Source of the DNA: Tubiluchus corallicola
Taxonomy: Eukaryota > Animalia > Priapulida
DNA: 64,000 nt
Assembly (NCBI GenBank): GCA_030141605.1
Contig: JAQGDQ010000101.1
Coordinates: 124,001-188,000 of the forward strand
Reading direction: 5' to 3'
The position numbers and the translations under genes were made by a program. Positions 46,401 to 58,900 of the stretch are shown here, piece after piece; positions within the stretch are counted from its first letter, which is position 1; each line of letters opens with the position of its first letter. The notes under the pieces were generated by a model, which did not search any database, was not told where the DNA came from, and worked only from the letters and a program-made list of their open reading frames with translations.

Positions 46401-49400
46401 AAATTATAAAGCATGGCAAAATACAACACTGTTGGGCCTGAATGCACTTAGGTGTCTGGTCATAAAAATCATTCCTCAGATTCACAAACGAGGATGGATT
46501 TATTATTAGATAAAATTGCTTACCCTGGATTACCCTATTACCATAGCAAAAAATAGCTGCTAGGTTTATAAGTAACGTTTGCGAAATAGTGACTCAGTGC
46601 ATAAAGTTCAATAGCTGAGATGTATGCTGCTTCGTGCATTATTCTTAACTAAAAATTGTAATTAAGTAAATATACACATTTGCAAAGTGCTATGCAAATT
46701 CAAATAAAATCAGTTTTTATATATACTATAGTGATTGCTATCTATAAACTTGTTAGCTAGCAAAACTGCAATGAAAAGTTACCCATAAGGTCCTCCGAAG
46801 TTCGACATCTGGTAGTTCCGTGGCTAATTTTAAATTTTCGAAAGATATTTTATCACGAGGACGTTGATTCCAGGCGAATAGCACAGCCATTTGAAATGTG
46901 GTGACCTCCAAATCATAACGACCTATGTCATTGGCAAAGGCAATCTAGAACAACATAAATAAGTAAATAAATAAACAAAGCATATTTTATAAAGCACAAG
47001 TTCAAGCAAAGTGCTTTCAATGGCACACTGTACAGTAAAACTGCATAGTTACAGATGCACAATTAAGAAAAAGTAACACTAATAAAAGTTTTTAAAAGTT
47101 TTGCACAAAATATACAAAATGAATCACCTCCTGCAAAGAAATTACGGTAAAAAATATGTCGTTATTGAAGTCTACAACATAATAAATTTTAAAGAGATGG
47201 GTCTTCAAGTGTTTTTTAAATAGTTGCAAGGTAGATACAGTTCTAAGGTTTTAAGGCAAAGAATTCCTGTATTTTCGTACAATAAAAAAATCCTTGGCCT
47301 CCAAGTCTTTTTTTAAAAGGTATTAATAGTTCATTATGGGAAGATTCATTGTGGCTTGCCCGTGTGTTTTAACAATTGTTTTAACAATAATTGTAAAATT
47401 ATTTACAATTCATTGAAAAATCTGCTGCGAACATGAGTTCAAGCCATTACTATGCCTGCAGTACTAAAATAACATACAATTCCATTTGACATGACGTGAT
47501 GCCATTGTAGCTTGCGACCATTGTGTTTTCGGCGGTAAAATTCCTCCACCTCAGGTATATAATCCTCCAGTTCTCGAGGCAATGAGCAAGCTACACGTTC
47601 ACTGGAGCGGGCCCACGCTCCTGCATTCAGTATCTTTATGTTAACTGAATCTACAATGAAAAATTCACATAGGCAGAATTAAAATTAATAGCAGCTAGAG
47701 AAATTATTCTATACAGAAATACATGAAATATGAACTTGTGCATGACAATGCATAGCATTTTTGCTATAACACGAAAAAAACTGAAACACAAATAACACGA
47801 TCATGACGAAAATAACTTAAATTAAATTTTTGAAAACAAGTTTGCTGAAATAAAAAGGCTGGTATGAGTCCAGCTTTAATTCACGGGTCTTTATATTACA
47901 ACTACAGTATTCTGACATCAAAATTATATATTAATTTTAACAATTTCAACCATATTCAGCAAAATTTTCCTTATTAACCGAGAACTTTCTGTATTTGAAG
48001 TTCTCCTGCTGCAATGCTAACTCTGGAGCACAGACGTAAAATCGCATTATGACTACATATATGTATATATATATATATATATATAGAAAATAACGTTGCA
48101 TATAAGCGTAAAATGCAGCGATAAACTCATGAAGCCAAGTTTAATGCCACCAAAATTCTCGTAAAGTGCAGACCAGGCAATGAAATTATTATTTGGTTTC
48201 TTTTGTACTTACTAGCTTAATAAATTTTTAGAAATTTATTAAGGTATCCATAACTTTTGAAAATAGAACTGCCGTGCAATATTAAAAAATACTTAACATA
48301 AGTGCAGTGACATATGCACCAATCAAAATACTGTACTATTAACAGACTTTACAAGCTTAATAAATTGATTCAACTAGAGCTGTAAATGTTAAATGCTAGC
48401 AAACAACATAGCAAACAGACTGTTGAGTTATACCTGCTATAGATTCTTTACTAATTCTGGTGGTGTCTTTGAATTCCTGATTCAAGTCTTGACTCACTTT
48501 TATATCTTGGAACATACGGGCAAGTTTATTGACATAATCAGCAGGCATACCAACTTCCTAAAATAAACAGTATATAAATGATTTAGTTTTTTTTAGATTT
48601 TAATTTTTACACTGAATAGTGGTAAGCAATGCCTAATTAAATGATAACGTCACTAACTGCAAAAACTATTTTATACAAGTTTATCTGCAATTGGAGCTGC
48701 AATTGGCTATTACAGTTGATGAATAGTACCATACAATGCCAAATTAAATTAACTCATAACTATACTATTTTGATAACTGACAACGAAAATCAAGCAGCAT
48801 GAGGCAAAGATTATATCAACTAACTAAATTCTTAGAGAAAGAATGTCCCTGTACTCTAACCTGCTTTCATTATGCTGCGACTAATGTCACAGAAAAACAG
48901 CTAAACAAATTGGTTGTGGCTAAAAAAAACTAAAAAAAAATTGGCTAAAAAATTAGAGGGTGATCTGGCCCTGATTTAAATGATAACTGTGCAAACTGTT
49001 ACAGTAAACAAAAATACAAAGTTACCTTCTACAACAAAAATCAAAGCTTACAGACTTGTACTGTAAATTCAGTCAATGATTAAAGAAATTACGAAGTAAG
49101 TTTTTTTATTTGACGAAGTGATACTATAATATCAGTTTCCTATTAAATTACTGTGGATTCCGTGGATATACTCAATCCTCTTCATTGAGTCAGCAATGAA
49201 GTGCCATTTTACAAGATCAAAGCCATGTGTTTTGCTAGCTTTATACAAAGACACATATCTTTTCCAGCATTTGTTGTTTAATTTACTTTTTACTCGTCCT
49301 TAGTTACAGTTTCTTAAATTACAATATAATTTTTCACAAATATTATTCAAAAGTAAGTTGTCATATGACTGGTATCATTTGGTACCATCTCTGATATGAC

Positions 49401-52400
49401 AGGATGAACATTCTAAGTACAAATATTTACATAAATTGTGGTCGCCTTGCCTTTAGCCATTATTTTAGCAAACTAATTTCATGTGCATTGTATTTTGCAC
49501 ATAATTACGAAAATAGCGTGTGTCTTTAATGTGTTTTTACAGTTGTATGCTGTTTTATTGTAATTTCAGTAATTTTAGTCTTATATTTAATGTATAGTCT
49601 CAGTGTATTATATACATCTTATTTCGCTTAGATGTGTCTCTTATGTCGATTTTAAATGTGAAATAAAAGTATGAATTGAATTGAATTGAATTTAGCAAAT
49701 AAAATTAGGTTGCAACAAAACATTTAAAACTATATTTTTTTTACAAAAGTTGCAAAAACTTACCCGCAACCATTCAACCATGTTTTCTTCTTTTTCATTA
49801 TCAGCGGAAGTATCAAGTACAAGACGTCGTGTAAGATGTGCCCGATGATATCTCATAAACACGTCTTTATTTTGAACGTATTTTAAAACTAGCAGCTAAA
49901 AAGTAAAACATTATGGAGCGAACTAATGAATATGCAAAAAGGCATTATAATTGTAATGTGAAGATTATTATTAACGGTGCTGCAAACCCACTAATAATTA
50001 AATTTTGAATCCAAATTTGAAAGACAAGAAATGTAAAAAAGTTGGAATGGAGTCTTGACTTGAAGTCGGTAGCTTCTGCTTACACTGCAGACACATTCAA
50101 CCACTAGGCCACCAGATTCCCCGGTAGTAAAGCAGCAATATTTTTTACATTTCCTGTCTTTCAAGTGTGAATAACAAAATTTAATTAATTAATCTTTGTA
50201 ACATCACATAGGTATCTTCTACATTTAAATATCTATGAAAAGTTGCAGTTCTGACAGGAAACCTGTATAACCTGACAGGAAAATTTGCTTTATCTGTGCC
50301 ATTTACAAATATACATTTAAAAAATACACTTTCATAACAAACAAATTAGTAAACATTTATAGTACAGTAGTCGCCTTTTAATAGATTCACGGTTAATAGA
50401 CTCAATCACTTAATTGACTCAAAAATGCCTGGAACGGGCCACTTCTATTCAAATATACATAAAAACTATCCGTAATTGACTCAAATAACTTCGCTTAATT
50501 GACTCAATATTTTTCCTTCACGTACTCAAAATAAGACATTTGTATGTGCCCAAACAGCCTTTCCTACTTTTATGTCACCTTTACTTCCCTTTTGTGCACT
50601 ATTTATGTAGAAACAATCGTGGTAAATACAGTTTTGTTTGTAAGCTGGTACGTTTAACATGCACTAATACGCTAGTGTAGCGGTTTTGCTTTGAATCTGT
50701 TACTCCCCCACTGTTACCCAAAGAATTTCTGGAAGCTAAACATTTAATCACTTGCCTAGTGGTTTCCTTTTGATGCTCTAGTTGCAAATCATGCTTTCAG
50801 GCTTAATGAGTTAATAGTCAAAGATGCAGGTACAGTAATCAGCCAGTATTCCTTGTGACTTACAAGAGCATATATCATACAGCAAATAAGGGAGTTAAGA
50901 AGTTTGAAAAATGGAGCATAAGCGTAAAGATCTAACAGTTAAGGAGAAACTGAAAATTTTCGAGCAGTACGAAAAACTTCCAAAGATGGGGCAGAGGTGT
51001 GCAGCAGTGCAGTTGAAAATTTTCCAAAGTACTCTCACCAGAATATTGAAAAAAAACGATCTGAAATTGAGCAATCAGCAAGCCAAAATGAGAATCTAGC
51101 ATCTAACACTGTGAAGTGCAGTCAGCGTTAAAAGTGTGGTTTACAATGCAAGAGAAAAGGATGCTCGAGTGAACGCTCCTTTAATGCGACAGAAAGCGAC
51201 TGCGTGCATCACACAGCAACAGATTTTCAACATTTCTAAAATTAGGAGAACTTTGTGAGCCAACTTCTTCGCGAGAAAATATAGCAGCCAACTTTGAAGG
51301 AATTTTTGTAATTTTTGCAAATAAACAGACTTGTGTGATTTAGAACAGTATACTTTTTAATTTACTGTTAATTCACTTATATAAATTAATATTTTAATTT
51401 TTTTTTCTAATTTTTAACTGCACAAAGAAATTTAGGCACTACTTCGATTCTAAAATTGATTAAATGCCTTTGCAGTGCATAGTAAGCTGATGACTCATAC
51501 TTCTATAGCAGTAACACTAAACCCATCGGTTAATATGTTCAATCAGTTAATTGGGTCAAAACATTTCGGTCCCAAAGTGAGTCTATTAAGCGGTGACTAC
51601 TGTACAAGAATATAATACTAAACGTTACTACAGCTGCTAATGCTTTTATGTAATTTGTCTATAATTATACCAGGATACTTACAACATTTTTTAATTTTGC
51701 TTCAATTTCATCTGAGGTGAGTTTTTTGCTAAGTGGAGTTTTTCTGAGCAGCATGTCACAGTAGTTAGCCAGCAACTCTGGACATTTTGACTCTGGTTGC
51801 GTCTTATTTATGACCCTGAAAATCCATTTTAACATTATAGGAAGCAAAAAAAGTTAGACAGTTACAAATTTGTAATAGTTTCAAGTTATAATCCAGAAAA
51901 CTGCTATTACACAGAAAAGTGATACACTAGCAAAATGATGCCTTAGAATACAGATGTCTTGGTACACAGAAATTTAATCAACATTTTAATGAAAAACTTC
52001 TTAGCAAATTTATTTGCTAATGTATTTCTAGTAAATTAGCATAAAAGTATTATGTGTAAATGATTTCTTGTTCTTAAAAGATTTGATCTTGAAAATGATA
52101 CTAGTGACGTAGCATGATATCTTTGAATCGAGCTTACAAAATAATACCTTTACAAACCTAAAATTCGATACCAAAGCATTGTCATTGTCAATCACATGTA
52201 CTGGCATCGAGTTCTTTGCAGCCAAATATAAATTTGAGTCAAAATTTATTTTAACAAGTAGAAATGTAAAATAGCGAAAACGAACCCTTTTTGTTTTGTT
52301 GGAAGCTCAAGCCTGAATACTGTTGTATCATTGACTACACATTTATAACCCTGAAAGAAAATTGACGTCAATGCATTCTTCAATAGACAGGATACATGCA

Positions 52401-52923
52401 GCAATTAGTTTGGTAAAATATTTGCTTTCAATGTGGATAAAGAATGCATCAAGTGTAAATTTATGGAATTAAAGATCACCTTCAATAGAAAGCTTCTGCT
52501 GACAACAAAAATGCACTTGTTTCTTGAACATTTTACTGAATTGCTGAAAGTTTTCCCTGTTTTATTGTTTTCCACTACATATATTTCAGGACACTAATTA
52601 AAGCTCTTTTTTGTAACAATGAATTCTATTCATTTTTAGTACATCTGTATTTTGTTTGTAAACATGACATTCTATGACTTTAGTACGTTAATTTAAACTC
52701 CATATTTTTATTTGTAGCTACGACTTTCTATTCATTCTCATGCAAATTTTAACCTATAAATTTTAAATTTTAACTGCTTAAGCTATTTTACTGTAAACTG
52801 TAACTGTGAATTTTTATTCAGTATCACACATAGCAGCGACTGAATGTGTTATTTTTTATCTCCCTTAATTTCATTGTAAAAAGCACTGAGATCATTAGAT
52901 TGGGTGTGTTTTTAAGAATAAAC

Positions 52924-52987
<64 letters not shown>

Positions 52988-55900
52988 GTTATCATTATTA
53001 AAATAGCTCTTTAAAAAATGGTTGTTGTGTCAAAGATTGATGCAAGTGCTATAATGTTGTCGTGAAGTTTGGGCTTCACGATTCGCCCCCCATAGAGAAG
53101 CCATTGAATTGAATTGATTTCACGTGTAACTGTAGAAAAGAAGTGAGGCAGTTGTTGAGTTGGTATGAAAGGGCAAACTAGCATATTGCGTTCGAAAAAA
53201 AAGAATAAAGTTTAGCGTTACGACGGTGGTAAAAATTCTCGTCTTTTCGTTTTATTTGTCACAAAAGTCACCACGACAATTGGTGCAAGGAAACCCGGGA
53301 ATACCAGGAACATTTAGATGCGTTTATTAGAAAGCATTTCAAGCGCAAAATAAAGACTATTTCGGCACATAAAAGTAAACGGGTGTCTACGTACGATTTT
53401 ACCTGGCTTCAAGCTTTTGACCTGCAACGTTTGTTAGCGAAATCTGTTTGGACTATGAACGATAATGAACGTAATCTCGTATTCGTACGCTCCTTTGAAG
53501 ACGATCGTAACTGTCAAGTTTCGAAAAGACTGTGCGGAGTCAACAATGAACTATTTTTGTTGCTGAAACCTGTTGATTAACATCGAGCTTTGACTTTACT
53601 GAGGTGGTTCGTCATGCCAAACAAGGATCAAAAGCCCGACGGAAGTATCCCAGCTAGTGCTAGAGACTTAGGCTACATTAAACAAGCACGAACCAAGGCA
53701 AGGAAAAGCCTGCAAGAGGAAATCGAGCTAGCTAACGAATTGGTGTCAAGAGATGAGTCAACGATTGGTGACATTTCAAACTATCTGCAGCGTGTCAAGA
53801 TGTGCAAACACACTCTCCAGAATCGTTTGGCAAAGCTGGAAGATCTCACATTAAAGTTCTCGGAGCGTGGTATGACAGCTGAGGCAGACGAAGCAACAAT
53901 AAAAGCAGCAGACCAGTACTTGGAGGAAGATAACGAATTCCTTGGCACGGTATCTCAAGTTACTTTTTTGTTAGATGAATGTATTACTAAGTTTTCTGTA
54001 AAAAATGTTAAAAGGGATTTAACTGATGAGTTTCACACTGTTTCTGAGATACCTCATAGTCGTGCAGTTGATAAAAAACCTACTGTTGTTCATGCGGCTG
54101 CGTCCGCATCTCAATTTACTGATAATGACTCACCTGTTGCTCCGCCCCGTCGCAAGAGAAATATTAGTCTTGCCCCTATCACGCCAACTAGTGGTAACCT
54201 TGTACAGTCACACAGTTATGTTAAACTGCCAAAATTCGAACTGAAATCATTTTCTGGGCAGATTTTAGAATGGCGTGAATTTTGGGATGCGTTCAAAACT
54301 ATGGTTCATGATCACCCAGATTTAGAAAATATTCAAAAATTTCAGTATTTGAAGAGCAAGCTTACAGGTCCTGCTCTTAGTGCAGTAGAAGGTTTTTCAC
54401 TCAGTAATGAAAACTATTTGCAAGCGTTAGATGTTTTAAGAAGCCGTTTTGGCAAAGAACAAAGCATTATTAATGTACATTATAAAGCTTTGGCACATCT
54501 TGAAAACTCCGGAGAAAATGCTAAAAGTCTTAGGAAATTTCAAGATAGTCTTGAGTTGCACTTGCGATGTTTGGAGGCAGTGGGTGAATGCGTGGACAGC
54601 CGTGTTATTATCCCATTAGTATTAGAAAAATTACCACATTCAGTAGTGCAACAAATGCGCATTACAATGGACCCTGATAGCGCTTGGTCAGTTTCAGATA
54701 TAAGACAACGTCTTAATCGCCACATTCTTACTTTAGAAGCGGTTGAAAATGAAACAGCTGCCTCCAGCTTTCAGCAACCATTCTCTAAGGCTAATGAGAG
54801 ATTTCCTAAGAAGTTTGTAAGTGCATCAAGGCACGAAACTGTTCTTGGAGCTTCTGATAAGCAAAGCTCCGCCCACACGCCACAACGTAAAAACGTTAGC
54901 GCACATTCTGATTATCCAGCACGCAATTGTATTTTTTGTAAAGGCCCACATTGGGCAGATCAGTGTGGCAATTTTGCTACAGCTAGAGAGAGGAAGAGAC
55001 TTCTGAAAAAATCGTTGTTTTATTTGTCTAAGAGAAAATCATCAAGCTCACCAATGTAGATCAGGCAGAAGCTGCTATTTCTGCCATAAAAATACTCATC
55101 ACCGTAGTTTGTGCACAGAGCAATTTCCAGATAAAAATCGAGAAACAAACCTAGCTTGTTCACCCAGTTTAAGTTTGTATTCTAGTAATGAACAGGTTGT
55201 CATGCAAACAGCGCTCGTTCGTGTTAGTCACCCTGTTTCTCACAAGACTATTACAATTCGAGCCTACCTTGATTGTGGTTCTCAGTCCAGTTATATTAGT
55301 GCTAGGCTGGCTAATTTGCTGAATGTTCCTAAGGGCACTTCTGAAGTGCTTCAAGTAGCTACATTTGCAAGTAAAAATGTTAGGCAAATTTCTTGCTATG
55401 CTGCAAATATTGGTTTGCATGGTCTAAATTATGAAGATAGAGACGTCACGAGATTTCTGTGGGTAAAAAATGTCAACAAACCCCCGTCGGATCCTGGTAA
55501 TTTGCAAATATTTCGCTTCTGTCGTGTCATTTTTGGAGCTATTAGTAGCCCATTTTTGCTCTCAGGTACAGTGAGTCATCATCTCAAACAAAAAGAAGCA
55601 GATTTTCCTGTAGCTAAACAAATTTTGCGCGACATTTATGTCGACAACTTTATTTCAGGAACTTCCACTCTAGATGAAGCCAAAGTTCTTTACAGTCAGA
55701 GTAAACTGTTGTTTTCATCGGCAGGCTTCAACCTTAGAGAATGGGGGTCGAATGACACAGATTTTTTGCGTAGTATTCCAGTCGAAGACTGTATAAAATC
55801 AAGTGTTGTCAAAGTTTTAGGTATCACTTGGGACTTAAAAAATGACACTTTATCTATTGCAAAGGTAGACCCTGATCGATTGTTACAGGCTAATACAAAG

Positions 55901-58900
55901 AGACAGGTATTGAAAGCCTTAGCAAGCCTTTTTGATCCGTTGGGCGTCGCAAGCATTATAACAGTTAATGCAAAGTTGTTTTTGGCATCTTTGTGGAAAG
56001 AAAAACTAGATTGGGATGAACCCCTTTCTGAATCGCACTCAAAACGCTGGTGTGAAATTGCCTTAACGCTGCTTTCTATATTCGATTTGCACCTTCCAAG
56101 GTGTATTAGCGCATGTGAGTCTAACGCAGTATTTCAGTTAGTATGTTTCACAGATGCTTCTGAATCTGCTTACTGCGCAGTGGTTTATTTAAGAGAGACT
56201 AACATAGAATCTGATTTTTGTGCTGTCAACTTAATTTTTGCTAAAACGCGCCTTGCAGGAAAAAATATTTCGATTCCTAGATTAGAACTGCTTGCTGTTT
56301 TGATTGGAGTGAGAGCTTTAAATTTTGTAGAAACCCAGCTACATGTGAACATAACCAGGCGTATAATATTTACGGATTCGTTATGCGTACTTTATTGGTT
56401 GCAAACTCCTAAACAGTTGTCGGTGTTCGTCGAAAATCGAATTTGTGAGATTCGAAAGCAGGTTCACACTCAGTTTCGATACGTTCCGTCTCAATCGAAC
56501 CCTGCGGATGGCGCAACTAGGTCAGGTGTCAGTAAAATAGATTCGTTCTGGCTACACGGTCCGCACTTTCTCAAAGAAAATGAAAGTAACTGGCCTGAGA
56601 GCCAGTTGCCACCTCTAGAAGCTGAACGATTGACAGATGTAAATAGCGAACTAAGAAAAGGCAGTAGCATACTTTATGAGACGCAGTTTTTAACACTCGA
56701 TCAGTCCAGTCGAATTCATGATCTGTCTATGTTTGATATGAACCGATTTTCTAGCCTAAACAGGCTGTTAAACACTACTAGCTGGGTGTATCGAGCTGTA
56801 AAGCGTTTTAAAGGGGAAAGGTGTGCTATGGGCCCTATTACTGCAAATGAACGCTCCTACGCTAAGTTAAACTGGATAAAACACGTCCAAAGACAAACAT
56901 ATGTAGATAACGAAGGACGTGCAGTAGTGGTTAACCCAGCACTACAACAGCTAAATCTTGCATTAGATGAACAAGGCATTATCAGATGCTTAGGTAGGTT
57001 ACAAAATGCTAATCTCACACAAGGTATGTCTAGGCCCATTCTCTTACCTAAAAACAATCAGTTTACAGTTCTGTTGGTAGAACATGTACACAAACTAAAC
57101 CTTCATGTTGGCGTATCGCAGACCTTAGCATTATTACGTAAAGAGTTTTGGGTTCCTTCTGGGAGGGAACTGGTCAAGAAAACTTTAAATAAGTGCCGTA
57201 CTTGTCGGAAAATGGAAGGTGGAGCCTATAAGTTACCGCCAATGCCAGAATTACCTCCAGAAAGAGTCCAAGAATCTAATCCCTTTACACATGTAGGCCT
57301 CGATTACATGGGCCCCCTTACAGTCAAATATTGTATACCTGGGAGTTGTGAACCATTTTACAAAAAAGCGTATGTGTGCCTATTCACCTGTTTAGCAGTG
57401 AGGGCGGTGCATTTAGAACTCGTCACGGACTTGTCTACTGAAACGTTTATTATGTGTCTGAGACGTTTTATAGGTCGCCGAGGTGTACCCGAAACTATAA
57501 TATCAGATAATGCGCCGCAGTTTCATCTTGCTAAGCAGACGTTGGATTTGATTTTTCAAAGGGTTTTCAATTCTTGTTCTGTGCAACAATACATAGCACA
57601 AACTGGTATTAATTGGCATTTTATCATTCAGCTTTCGCCTTGGATGGGCGCGGTTTACGAGCGTTTAATGAGCCTTATTAAACGCTCTCTACGCAAAACA
57701 ATTGGTAGTAGGGCTCTTTATCAGTGTCAGTTGAGTACTTTGCTCATTGAAATTGAAAGTTTAATCAACAACCGTCCTATTACATACATTGAGTCAGACA
57801 TAGATTCCAGCTTGGTTTTAACTCCAAGTCATTTCTTGAGCATGCGCACTTTAAATTATGTGCCAGTGTACAGTGAATCCGAATCAGATCCCGATTATAC
57901 TCCCAACAGGTACAATCTTTCTGGCGAACGTCTTTTCGAAATGTGGAAGAAAGGTGTTGGTTATTTAGATTCTTTTTGGAAAATTTGGCGCAATGAATAT
58001 TTGCTTAGCCTCCAAGAAAGAATGGAGCGCCAAGTACGCCAAAAACGCGTTAAGTCGAAATTTGAGCCTCATGTAGGCGATGTAGTATTGATTGAAGATT
58101 CACTTCCCCGTGGTCAGTGGAAAGTGGGGAAAGTTGTTAATCTCATTATTAGTAAAGACAGTAAAATCAGAGCTGCTAAAGTTCGTGCTAGTAATGGTAA
58201 TATTCTGACTCGTTCTTTGAGTCAATTGTTTCCTGTTGAGTGTCCTAGGTCAGTTGATGCAAGTGCAGGTGAAAAAGGCACTTGTCCTGCACAGCATCAG
58301 CACATTGAAACCTCGCACAAAATTTTACCCAAACGTGCTGCCCCATTAGATGCTTGTGCAAAAATTAAACAACAGGCAACACGTTTATAAATTTGTCAAA
58401 CCGTTTGATGTGATTGTGCAAATGTATAATAAGATTTTCATTACTATATGTTCAAATTTGCAATGTACCAATGTGCTATCTACATAGTTGTGACCTTTAT
58501 TTCATTGTTTAATTTTGTATGACAAACAAGAGGTACTTAACATGCAAAAATTGCATAGATTTAAAGTTAAGACCCAGATAGCTATTGTTGGAATTTTCTA
58601 ACAAAATAGTTCTTATAGATCCATTGTTGTTATGCTCACGTAATTGTTATTGTATAATGATTGTTAGTTTTTTTCCAAATTGTTTTCCTGAGTGCTTGAG
58701 TGTATTAGATTTGGCCAATTTGATGTGTATTATGTATTGTATCTTTGTGCATTGTTTTTGATTCTGCATTGTTTGAATTAGGTTTGCATTGAAAGAAAAT
58801 TAAAATACGTTGCGCGCAACATAAATCTGAAAACTTTACTCGTACTAGCTACAAGTAGTGCAATTAAAAGTTATAGTATGGTAAATTTGCAAGAAAATTT

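Noticed and set aside
51670-51682. U12-type donor (GTATCCTG) in a CUL5 intron
   Set aside because: A perfect U2 donor gtaagt 4 nt upstream gives the correct frame and protein; the U12-like site would shift the frame.
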